64,000 nucleotides of DNA, taken from the IMG/VR virus record IMGVR_UViG_3300012665_000316, positions 17,287 through 81,286 of that record; one strand, given 5' to 3'. Numbering within the stretch: the stretch's first letter is position 1; each line of letters begins with the position of its first letter. A program made the position numbers and the translations under genes. This document shows positions 30,560 through 38,881 of this stretch, in pieces. Below the pieces are notes generated by a model. That model was not told the origin of the DNA and did no database searches. It saw nothing but the letters and a program-made list of their open reading frames with translations. This DNA is from a virus (lineage: Duplodnaviria; Caudoviricetes).

Positions 30560-31279
30560 TCAGTCTACCCATTTGGAAAAATTATCAATGATCGGCTGTT
30601 CAAACTCATATCGATCAATAAAGAATAGTAGTGCAGTACGTGGTTCGGATACTGTTACCTTAAAAGTGTTTGGTCTGTGCCATAGATTAGAATCATAAGC
30701 AATTAATCTATTATAAACATTGCCCATTCTTATAGTTTCTTCAAAGTGAGAATGATTGTTTTTTAAATCGCGTTTGTATTCGTCTGTTACTACGCTAGTA
30801 GTGTTAAACTCTTTCCTAGATTTAAAGTCAGGTATGGCAAAATTTTCTTCTCCTTTCTTTAAAAAGATAGAAGTGCCGCTGTCAAAATTAGTTTCGTTGG
30901 GATTTAAATACACTAGCCCGGCTAGTGTAACATCGTCATTATGTATCCATCCAATGTTTGCTTCATTGTCGGAATATAATTCATTGATATGAAAACTTAT
31001 GTGTATTACAAATTGTGAAATTCCAGGAAATACTTCTCGTGCAAGTTTTTTAGCAAAAAATACTGCAAATTCTTTAGTTTCTGGATCAAAAGATTCTAGT
31101 AGATTAATAGTACGTTTTCCGGGATATCTCTCTGATTTTTCGTATGTTTGTTTTTTAGACAGTGCTAAAACTTTATCAGGGTTATTGAAGAAATTATTTT
31201 TACAAATAACTGATCCTGCTAGCGGGTGAGTTGTTTTGTCTAAATTGTAAACAGGCATTTTGTTTACTGCTTGCATCAT
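30560..31279 (-). CDS. Putative 2OG-Fe(II) oxygenase (DUF6445-like)
   Basis: NFFNNPD...YPGKRT...GWIHND...LAGLVYL..GTS...NRLIAYDS.LWH. Confidence 0.7.
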   Translation of the reverse strand: MMQAVNKMPVYNLDKTTHPLAGSVICKNNFFNNPDKVLALSKKQTYEKSERYPGKRTINLLESFDPETKEFAVFFAKKLAREVFPGISQFVIHISFHINELYSDNEANIGWIHNDDVTLAGLVYLNPNETNFDSGTSIFLKKGEENFAIPDFKSRKEFNTTSVVTDEYKRDLKNNHSHFEETIRMGNVYNRLIAYDSNLWHRPNTFKVTVSEPRTALLFFIDRYEFEQPIIDNFSKWVD

Positions 31280-31833
31280 ACCATTCCTTTTGGATTACGT
31301 TGCAAATCAAATGCATGTAGGTAGTTTGGGCCAGATATAGTTACATAGTGTAAGAAAACTTGAATACACTCATTTCCTTGAAACGAGTCACGCCAGTGGT
31401 AAGATTTAGCACCTTTGTAAACTACAGCATCTCCAGGGTTTAATGAAACAGCGGCTGTAGTGCCATCGGGTCTAGTGAAATGTATAGGCCATTTATCTCC
31501 TGCAAGATTCACACTTACACTAATTTCACAAGCCTCAGCATCGATATGAGATTTTAACTCGGCGCCTCGTTTATACCATCTACCATAGCAATAGGTAGGA
31601 TATAATCTTTCCCCCACTAGGTCATTCATATAAAAAATCTTTGAAATTAGCAATTGATTTACTATAGGACTATTATACAACGCCGGCGAGCCAGCAACCT
31701 GTGGATCTGCTTTAGCAAAATTACTAATACATTGTTTTTTAAATTCCGAAGCAACAAAATTGGCTGCTACGGGATGTAAAAAATCTTCCACAACAAAATA
31801 GTTGTCTTTTTGTAAATCAGAATTCATTATCAA
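31276..31833 (-). CDS. 2OG-Fe(II) oxygenase
   Basis: LKSHID...CEISVSVNL...PGDAVVYKG...HWRD...QVFLHY. Confidence 0.8.
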   Translation of the reverse strand: MIMNSDLQKDNYFVVEDFLHPVAANFVASEFKKQCISNFAKADPQVAGSPALYNSPIVNQLLISKIFYMNDLVGERLYPTYCYGRWYKRGAELKSHIDAEACEISVSVNLAGDKWPIHFTRPDGTTAAVSLNPGDAVVYKGAKSYHWRDSFQGNECIQVFLHYVTISGPNYLHAFDLQRNPKGMV

Positions 31834-32126
31834 TCTGGATCAATCACACACCAAACGTCAAGTTCAGGCAAACAGTGATATATCTCTCCGCCTACAACTA
31901 CTTTTGAACCAGCTGCCGAATGCATAAGTACTCGATCGCCAACTTTAACAGTCATAGGTATAAGAACTGCCGTTTTTTCAGAATACTTTCCTGGCCCGAC
32001 TGCTACAACAGTTCCACGGGTTGACACTTCTGCCGCCGCATCTGGTATAACAATGCCACCTCTAGATAATGTATCTGGGCTATCTTTTTTAACTAAAATT
32101 CTATCGTGTACTGGCCGCAAAATCAT
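31830..32126 (-). CDS. groES: GroES (Cpn10) co-chaperonin
   Basis: LRPVHDRILVK...GGIVIPD...GTVVAVGPG...VKVGDRVL; AGGAG RBS. Confidence 0.92.
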   Translation of the reverse strand: MILRPVHDRILVKKDSPDTLSRGGIVIPDAAAEVSTRGTVVAVGPGKYSEKTAVLIPMTVKVGDRVLMHSAAGSKVVVGGEIYHCLPELDVWCVIDPD

Positions 32127-32173
32127 AAAAAAACTCCTGTATTAATTCTAAGATATTTATACAGGAGTTTTTT
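32127..32173 (-). promoter_or_regulatory. 15-bp hairpin sequestering the groES RBS, with an exact T4 late promoter TATAAATA (32154-32161) running into the loop and a 3' U-tract
   Basis: Minus strand: AAAAAACTCCTGTAT-aaatatcttagaatta-ATACAGGAGTTTTTT-T-ATG. Confidence 0.85.
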
Positions 32174-32200
32174 AACCCGCTAAGGTTATGAAACTATATG

Positions 32201-32416
32201 CTAGCCCATAACTGTGATCAATTCAATTTTTCCAACCCAGTCAGTAGTACTCAGTTTTCGAATTCTATTTAAATCGCCTGCAAAAGCATCGGCTTTTTGT
32301 TGGGCAAGTTTCTTATTTGTGGTATGACGTCCTTGCAAACTATCTTGATCCATTATGCGTTGTGTTTGATTTAGCGTTCGACTAAACGCCATAATAACAT
32401 ATATTTGCTGGCTCAT
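32201..32416 (-). CDS. Hypothetical protein (71 aa)
   Basis: ORF begins 1 nt after the stop of the preceding minus-strand gene; no motif recognised. Confidence 0.55.
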   Translation of the reverse strand: MSQQIYVIMAFSRTLNQTQRIMDQDSLQGRHTTNKKLAQQKADAFAGDLNRIRKLSTTDWVGKIELITVMG

Positions 32417-32417
32417 A

Positions 32418-33605
32418 TTATTTCACCATGATGTATGAAGGCAACCCACGACCGTAGTTTGCTCCTGAAGGAACTCCCCAGGCATCACTCAAACCATTCC
32501 CGTCTTGATAATCATCCCAGCCATATATGTTAGTAGTAAGGCCATTGGTAGTTGCTTGATCGGCCCAGCTAAGATCACCAGTCATACCAAAATTGTTACT
32601 GTTATTTGACGTTAGTGGATATGTAGTACTAAGATTATTTTTAGATAATACTTGAACTGGATAATAGCTACCTCCTGTGTTTATCTGCGATCCTATATTA
32701 CCATTATATAATGCTATAACGGAAAAAGCAGTGTTATCGTTTGTAGGTATTACATTCCATGCGGGCCTGACCCTGACATCAAAGCCGCTTAACCACGGCA
32801 GTGTTTGATGATAGTTGTCAAATACACGAGTGTACACTTGAGAGTCGGGGATATATGTCGGAGTATTAAACGTACCGTAAGAATATGTGTAAATATTTTT
32901 CCAGTCATTTGAAGCAAACGCACACCAGGCAATTTTGCTAATAGGCATTCCTAGCACATTGATTGAAAAATTATTAGATGAGCTATAACTATTAGCACCG
33001 CTTGACCCTACATACGCACTACGACCTGTTAGTCTAGGTATGTGAGCAGAGCTATAAACAGGATTAACTGCAGAGTTATTGGCAACTATCATCCACCCAC
33101 CGCCGTCCCACGCCGGATCCATGATGCAATAAACTTGTTGGGCCGGTGCCATCGGACTTGGTTTAATCCAATATACGCCATCTGTAATTGTACCAGTAGT
33201 AGCTTTAATCTGAGCGGCACTTGATCCTGCGGTCAATCGAGTAAGACCGTCCGGCACAGTATCAGCAGGTACCTCTGGGGTAAATTCAGCATTACCCCAA
33301 CCCATAACTTGTACATTGACATCGCTGACGTTACAAGTAGCTACTACCCAAGAACCTGCTCCTAACATGATTTGTGTTCTATCAAACGATGCCTTTGGAA
33401 TAACAGTAGTACCCCATTCGATGTAATCACGATCTAGTGGATCTGGATCCTCTCCGTCTGCAATAGCTATAGCTACAGAAGCTACGCTTGTTCCAACATT
33501 ACAAAAATTAACTGTTACAATTTGAAAATCGTCTGACGTATTTCTATATACCGGCTGAGTTAACCCTGGTAAAAGTCGTCTAGCCGCCATTAATCCTGAT
33601 TTCAT
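32418..33605 (-). CDS. Virion-associated protein: small beta module fused to a fibrinogen-like (FReD) domain
   Basis: TDGVYWIKP...QVYCIMD...GGGWMIVA is the fibrinogen-C N-terminal signature; N-terminus resembles 14774..15094; ATAAATA box at 33636-33642 (-). Confidence 0.65.
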   Translation of the reverse strand: MKSGLMAARRLLPGLTQPVYRNTSDDFQIVTVNFCNVGTSVASVAIAIADGEDPDPLDRDYIEWGTTVIPKASFDRTQIMLGAGSWVVATCNVSDVNVQVMGWGNAEFTPEVPADTVPDGLTRLTAGSSAAQIKATTGTITDGVYWIKPSPMAPAQQVYCIMDPAWDGGGWMIVANNSAVNPVYSSAHIPRLTGRSAYVGSSGANSYSSSNNFSINVLGMPISKIAWCAFASNDWKNIYTYSYGTFNTPTYIPDSQVYTRVFDNYHQTLPWLSGFDVRVRPAWNVIPTNDNTAFSVIALYNGNIGSQINTGGSYYPVQVLSKNNLSTTYPLTSNNSNNFGMTGDLSWADQATTNGLTTNIYGWDDYQDGNGLSDAWGVPSGANYGRGLPSYIMVK

Positions 33606-33676
33606 AAATATTCCTTATATCACACTAGTTAATGATATTTATGCGTTATCTTGGTAACTTATTTGGTTTTAAAGTT

Positions 33677-34123
33677 CTAGATTAAATCCATAACATCGAA
33701 CAGTGTTTGTAACTTTGTTCTTACAGTTTTATTAGCAAAACTGCTACGAAGCCCTTGGTGTAAGGGTTTAGGAGCATTATCAATAGTTGCCCATGCCCAA
33801 CCAACGTGCTCGTTACTTAGTACTGGTACAAACTCGTTATCAACTAAGCAGAGATAGGTATGGAAATTAAACACAGCATCATTACTGACAAATGTTTCAA
33901 TAGGGATTGTCTTTAAGATTGTGAAATTATTACCAATTTCTTCAATAATTTCACGTTGCAGACCTTGCCAAGCAGTTTCACCTTCGTTGTTAGTCCCGCC
34001 GACCAGACCCCAAGTTCCAGCATGTTTGCCTTCTGCTTTTTGTAATAATAAAAACCTGCGAGTATTTTTGGCGTATATCAATGCGCCACTACACACGATT
34101 TCTGTTATAGTCTTAGTCTCCAT
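33677..34123 (-). CDS. Nudix hydrolase
   Basis: Complete Nudix box GTNNEGE-TAWQGLQ-REIIEEIG. Confidence 0.9.
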   Translation of the reverse strand: METKTITEIVCSGALIYAKNTRRFLLLQKAEGKHAGTWGLVGGTNNEGETAWQGLQREIIEEIGNNFTILKTIPIETFVSNDAVFNFHTYLCLVDNEFVPVLSNEHVGWAWATIDNAPKPLHQGLRSSFANKTVRTKLQTLFDVMDLI

Positions 34124-35565
34124 CCACCTTCTCTATATTCACCTTCAAATGATTTGGTCCATGCTAGACCATCCCACTTGTATTGTACTCCAGTGTATAT
34201 ATTCGTTTGATAGATGAGAGTGTCTTCACTCTGAGCGGCATTAAAGATTACAGACCAAGCAGATCCTGTCCACTCTACAATGTCGTTTTCTTTGGCTACA
34301 AAGTCTACGCCACTTGTTGATTTCCAACCGTCTGGACCGTCTTCGTTGTCCAAATCACCAATATTTTCAATGATTAGATAACGGCGACCTGCTGTTACAG
34401 GTTGATCGCTACCTTCCTTATTTGGACGCTTAGGATTAAAAGTTAGTGGATTTATAATAGCATCAAATGTACCGGGGCTTGCACTACGTGGTCCGCTAGC
34501 ATTTAGATCAGAGTCGCTAGGATATGTATCAGAGTCCCAGTTTATAATCAATAGAGTATTGTCATCGGGATGAAGCGCAACTGAACCTATGACTTCGTTG
34601 CCATTAGGTTGCTTTAAGAAAATTTGTGTATAGCCCGCTTTGTATTGTCCAGGATACTGATCAAAGATTGCATTCCAATTTACTTCAGGACCAATTTTCA
34701 TATGAATAGCTAACGGGTCATCTCGATCTGTAAAAGGCTCAGTTCTTCCTAATAGTCTTGCTTGTCCGTTATAAACTTGAACACCGTATCCAGATACGTT
34801 TGCATAAAAAATTGCAACTGTGGTGATGCCTTCTTTTGCGCCATCGGCAATCGGGTCAGTACCGAGGCCGTCGATGTAAGTTGCTTCGGGAGGAGTAATG
34901 CCAGTTTGCATACTGGTAATAATTTGTGTAATAACTCCCATCTGTTTGATTTTTACAGGTGGGTTTAACCAGATTGGTGTTTCAAATGTTAGTGTAGCAA
35001 TGTCAATAGGAGAGTCTGCCCCAACCGGAACACTACGCGAACTCCAGACTAAGTCTTTAATTTCTAAAGTAGTTAGACTGGTCCAGTCAATGTAGTTGTC
35101 TGTAGTTTGTAATTCCAATGTTGGATTGAATAAAACTAAAATTTGTTCAAGAATTTGTAATTTCTGGTCAGTGTTTGCTGACCATAGGTCACATTTCATT
35201 GTTAGTTTGAAAGGTGTTGGCATCAATCTTTCAACTGTATAGTTAGCACCTTGTCCTGTAGTGTACTCGCCGGTTGCTTCGTCAATAGCACGTTCTCTCA
35301 CATGCGTCTTACCAATATAGGTTGAGTCTGCAAGACGACTAGTATCCATGGTTAGACCGTTGATATAGACAGAAATTCGAGGAGTGGAATTTATTTTATT
35401 CTCACTGTTCTGTCTCATAATTGAGGCAGCTTGTCTATCAGCGTCACCATAGACTACCGGTATGCGTACCAATCTGCCATCACCATACTTAACTGTAAAG
35501 TTACTGAGTACTCTGATTGTTTGTAGCAGATATCTTCGAATCTGACCGTCGTAAAAATGCAACAT
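34105..35565 (-). CDS. gp15: Tail completion/sheath-stabiliser protein (T4 gp15-like) with C-terminal extension
   Basis: FYDGQIRRY...F..F.V...RIPVVYG...PRISV...P.P..L...L.....Q.LQILEQI..LFNP pattern; next to neck genes. Confidence 0.7.
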   Translation of the reverse strand: MLHFYDGQIRRYLLQTIRVLSNFTVKYGDGRLVRIPVVYGDADRQAASIMRQNSENKINSTPRISVYINGLTMDTSRLADSTYIGKTHVRERAIDEATGEYTTGQGANYTVERLMPTPFKLTMKCDLWSANTDQKLQILEQILVLFNPTLELQTTDNYIDWTSLTTLEIKDLVWSSRSVPVGADSPIDIATLTFETPIWLNPPVKIKQMGVITQIITSMQTGITPPEATYIDGLGTDPIADGAKEGITTVAIFYANVSGYGVQVYNGQARLLGRTEPFTDRDDPLAIHMKIGPEVNWNAIFDQYPGQYKAGYTQIFLKQPNGNEVIGSVALHPDDNTLLIINWDSDTYPSDSDLNASGPRSASPGTFDAIINPLTFNPKRPNKEGSDQPVTAGRRYLIIENIGDLDNEDGPDGWKSTSGVDFVAKENDIVEWTGSAWSVIFNAAQSEDTLIYQTNIYTGVQYKWDGLAWTKSFEGEYREGGWRLRL

Positions 35566-36935
35566 TATAAATCTGCCTTTGGTTTAAGTGCCTTACTAAC
35601 ACTACTTCGCTGATCAATGAATGACTTGTATAACGTCCATGCCACGGTACTTGATGCCGGAGCAGATGAACTTAAAGTAATTTTAGCATTGCCGCCTGTA
35701 CCGCTAGTAACAGTACTTGTAGTTACTAGCTCGTCTCCGATCATTACCTTAGCACCCATACCTGCGGTGTAAGTAATGGCAGTTTGAATAACAGTAGTAG
35801 ATGCAGTTGGAATATCAACTCCTTCATGCACAATAGTAGTTCCAGTAATATTTTTATTATTAATAAATCCAGTCTTGAGAGTCTGACGTGTGTCACTATT
35901 AGTAAGAGTGTGACGAATCTTGTCTTCAACTTTAACCCAACGAGCACCATCATACCTATATAATCGGTTAGGCATCATATCAGTGCGCAAAAAGAAATCA
36001 TCTTCTGCAGGCAGTTGGGGGAACTGAATGCCATGCCCAAAGTCTACGCCGTTTGGTGGATAACCATCGCCCAGCAAGTAACCAGAGTATCCAGAACGCT
36101 TGGCTCGGTTGTTTACCTCGGCAGTATTATTTGTAATGTTACTTGCATCAAGAACTGTCTCATCGGCAGTTTGTAATAGTGTTTGACCGTTAGTTGGATC
36201 AACTGCTAGAGTATAAAACTGTCTAGTTTCAAATCCGCTTAACGGAGAATCGGCTTCAGCCTGTGCCAACACGCTATCATTGATTTCTAATTCTTTGTTA
36301 GCAGTACTCAACAATTCACGCAAGGTCACATTGCTATTTTCATTGGCAGGTTGATCAAGAATATCTGCAAATTGTTGATTGTCAGTGATCTTTTTAAGTT
36401 TTAATCTGTACAAGTGCGGGTACCAGGTTACTGAGAATCCTTCACTAGCACGACCTACATCTTCAATTACATAGTAACGAGGCAAGCTAAAGTCAAAATC
36501 ATTTAAGGCAAACTCATCACGCAAATGCGGCAGTTCTATTACATCACCACTAAGTGGTTTACGTCCAATGTATGTGATAAAATCGTTAATATGTACAGTC
36601 ATGAACAAGGTATCATTATCGATGAACAGACCAAATTGACTTAGGTTGAAGTCAATATTTTGTACATTATATAATCCGCGGATTTTATAAATTGACGGAT
36701 CATACTTGCGATCTCTATTTTCTAACAACAGCAAATCTTGGATATTTGTCACAGCTACACCATTCGTATAGTGTGGTTGATCAGCAGTTGCAGTTGCTTG
36801 GTCAGGGTTTGACGGACCAAGGTATTTGTGCAGATACACGTCTGTACCACCAACCTGAAACATCTCAGAAATTTGGCGGTCTATAAACTTGTAATCTTGC
36901 CCTCGTTCGGGTTTGTATAAGGATAATCGCGGCAT
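35565..36935 (-). CDS. gp14: Neck/head-completion protein (T4 gp14-like)
   Basis: DLLLLENRDRKY...L.QFGLFI..D.L...H.N...GDVI.LP pattern; context with gp13 and gp15. Confidence 0.6.
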   Translation of the reverse strand: MPRLSLYKPERGQDYKFIDRQISEMFQVGGTDVYLHKYLGPSNPDQATATADQPHYTNGVAVTNIQDLLLLENRDRKYDPSIYKIRGLYNVQNIDFNLSQFGLFIDNDTLFMTVHINDFITYIGRKPLSGDVIELPHLRDEFALNDFDFSLPRYYVIEDVGRASEGFSVTWYPHLYRLKLKKITDNQQFADILDQPANENSNVTLRELLSTANKELEINDSVLAQAEADSPLSGFETRQFYTLAVDPTNGQTLLQTADETVLDASNITNNTAEVNNRAKRSGYSGYLLGDGYPPNGVDFGHGIQFPQLPAEDDFFLRTDMMPNRLYRYDGARWVKVEDKIRHTLTNSDTRQTLKTGFINNKNITGTTIVHEGVDIPTASTTVIQTAITYTAGMGAKVMIGDELVTTSTVTSGTGGNAKITLSSSAPASSTVAWTLYKSFIDQRSSVSKALKPKADL

Positions 36936-36939
36936 AATG

Positions 36940-36961
36940 ATATTTATCGTAAGATAAATAT
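36940..36961. promoter_or_regulatory. Palindromic back-to-back pair of late promoters driving gp14-like (-) and gp13-like (+) genes
   Basis: aTATTTATC-gtaa-GATAAATAt perfect inverted repeat; each arm is an outward-facing ATAAATA. Confidence 0.8.
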
Positions 36962-36976
36962 GAGTGGAGAACTAAT

Positions 36977-37768
36977 ATGTCAGACACTTATCCATCAGAC
37001 CCAGGGCAATCAACAGCCCTACAAGAACGCAATAAAGCGTTCGAATATGTACGAACCATGTTGGGCGATGGCATGGTTGAAGTCGAACTAGACCCTATTC
37101 ATTACGAAACTGCACTAGATCGTGCATTAAACAGATACCGTCAAAAAAGTCCTAATGCTGTAGAAGAAAGCTATATGTTTTTAGAGCTAATTCAGGATAC
37201 TAATGAATATAGATTACCTGACGAAGTTATTGCTGTACAAAGTGTATTCCGCAGGGCCATAGGCTCACGTTCTGGCATGGGTGCCGGCGGTACGTTATTT
37301 GAACCATTTAACTTGGCCTATACTAATACCTATTTGCTAAGTTCAAGCATGATGGGCGGCCTGGCAACATATGAAATGTATGCAGGATATCAAAAATTAG
37401 TAGGTAGAATGTTTGGTAGCTTTATTGAATTTAGCTGGAAACCTACTAGTCACATATTGAATATTTTACAAAGACCGTTTGCAGATGGCGAGCAAATCTT
37501 AATACGTTGCCAGAATTTTAGACCTGACTACGTGTTGTTGCAGGATACCTATGCAAAGCAATGGCTAAAAGACTATACCTTAGCAGTCTGTAAAATCATG
37601 TTAGGCGAAGCTCGTAGCAAGTTTGCTAGCATCGCAGGCCCTGGCAGTTCGATCACTATGAACGGTGCTGATTTGAAATCGAGTGGCAAAGAAGAGCTAG
37701 TTGCCCTGGATAAAGAATTGGATACTTACGTAGCAGGCGGAACGGGCTATACATTTATCATTGGCTAA
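36977..37768 (+). CDS. gp13: Neck protein (T4 gp13-like)
   Basis: LG...VEVELD..H...D.AL..Y...YRLPDEV..V...W.K.Y.LA..K...G..RSKF..I.GP...MNG pattern. Confidence 0.75.
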   Translation: MSDTYPSDPGQSTALQERNKAFEYVRTMLGDGMVEVELDPIHYETALDRALNRYRQKSPNAVEESYMFLELIQDTNEYRLPDEVIAVQSVFRRAIGSRSGMGAGGTLFEPFNLAYTNTYLLSSSMMGGLATYEMYAGYQKLVGRMFGSFIEFSWKPTSHILNILQRPFADGEQILIRCQNFRPDYVLLQDTYAKQWLKDYTLAVCKIMLGEARSKFASIAGPGSSITMNGADLKSSGKEELVALDKELDTYVAGGTGYTFIIG

Positions 37769-37776
37769 CAAATAAT

Positions 37777-37805
37777 TTGACCTTGTAATAAATCTGTTAT
37801 ATACT
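37777..37805 (+). promoter_or_regulatory. Sigma70-type promoter for the dNMP kinase gene
   Basis: TTGACC-17 bp-TATACT, then AGGAG RBS and ATG at 37829. Confidence 0.7.
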
Positions 37806-37828
37806 AGCGATACTTTAGGAGATTCGCT

Positions 37829-38524
37829 ATGATTATAGGTGTATGTGGGTTTATTGGTTCGGGCAAAGATACCATTGCAGATTACTTGACTAACTTCCAC
37901 GGATACCGACGAGAATCGTTTGCAAATAGTCTAAAAGACGCAGTAGCATATGTGTTTGGATGGGATCGTACTATGCTAGAAGGCCGTACTACACAAGCTC
38001 GTGCATGGCGAGAGCAAGTAGATCCGTGGTGGGCAGAACGCTTAAACATGCCTAACTTAACCCCACGTTGGGTCCTGCAATACTGGGGCACAGAAGTATG
38101 CCGCAAAGCATTCCATGACGATATTTGGATTGCAAGCCTAGAAAATAAACTCCGAACAAGCAAGGACGATATTGTTATTAGTGACTGTCGTTTTCCTAAT
38201 GAGATTAAGTCAATCAAAGATGCTGGCGGAATTGTTATTCGTGTAAAGCGTGGCAATGAGCCCGAGTGGTATAATGATGCCGCAGATATGAACGCAGGCG
38301 ATCGCTGTATGAACTATATGACTGCTAAAGTACGTATGCAAAAACTTGGCATTCATGCTAGCGAAACTGCATGGGTAGGAACCAAGTTTGATGCAGTTCT
38401 AACTAACGATGGCACCATTGATGACCTAATGTCAAAGGTTAAAGATCTGGTACAAGGTCACCCTGTTTCCAGCGAATCCCATCCTTATGTAGAACCCGCT
38501 GACAATTTGCACACACTGTCTTAA
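37829..38524 (+). CDS. Deoxynucleoside monophosphate kinase (T4 gp1-like)
   Basis: IIGVCGFIGSGKDT P-loop, FANSLKD, R..LQYWGTE..R, ISDCRF.NE, H.SE. Confidence 0.9.
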   Translation: MIIGVCGFIGSGKDTIADYLTNFHGYRRESFANSLKDAVAYVFGWDRTMLEGRTTQARAWREQVDPWWAERLNMPNLTPRWVLQYWGTEVCRKAFHDDIWIASLENKLRTSKDDIVISDCRFPNEIKSIKDAGGIVIRVKRGNEPEWYNDAADMNAGDRCMNYMTAKVRMQKLGIHASETAWVGTKFDAVLTNDGTIDDLMSKVKDLVQGHPVSSESHPYVEPADNLHTLS

Positions 38525-38774
38525 GATTTGTATGACGGCAATTGTTTAAATCTCCGTCAACATGAAACACCGCAAACACCTCCTTATGTGGGCTTTTAAA
38601 TCCGCATTTGTCGCAGGTGTTTTTTATTTTATAGCCGGCGCGAAACCACCTAGGCGATCCTGCGCTGTCGCCATCGTATAAACAAGCTTCACACAGCTTT
38701 CTGTAATAAGTTTTCTTACCTTTGTGATAATTTATAGCACAAGGGCGTAATCCGCATGAACAAAGTGGTCTCAT
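38439..38774 (-). CDS. Small Zn-binding HNH-family nuclease
   Basis: CSC..C, CEAC, CDKC...FHVDGDLNN...NLKTVCANC; TAAATA box 5 nt upstream of ATG. Confidence 0.65.
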   Translation of the reverse strand: MRPLCSCGLRPCAINYHKGKKTYYRKLCEACLYDGDSAGSPRWFRAGYKIKNTCDKCGFKSPHKEVFAVFHVDGDLNNCRHTNLKTVCANCQRVLHKDGIRWKQGDLVPDL

Positions 38775-38840
38775 ACGATTATTTAAGCCTTTTTACCCCC
38801 TTTTTCAGTTGGTATAAGTAGCCTAAAAATTCAAATCACC

Positions 38841-38847
38841 ATAAATA
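38841..38847 (+). promoter_or_regulatory. Late promoter (ATAAATA) for the sheath/tube operon
   Basis: cATAAATA, then GGAG RBS and ATG at 38882. Confidence 0.65.
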
Positions 38848-38881
38848 CATATAGAACATGTACTCATGGAGATTATAAAAA

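Noticed and set aside
19313-32126. Cassette as a bacterial secondary-metabolite cluster or host contamination
   Set aside because: It is bounded by phage late-promoter and terminator signals, flanked by virion genes, has a paralogue in the phage replication region, and lacks scaffold synthases, transporters and regulators.
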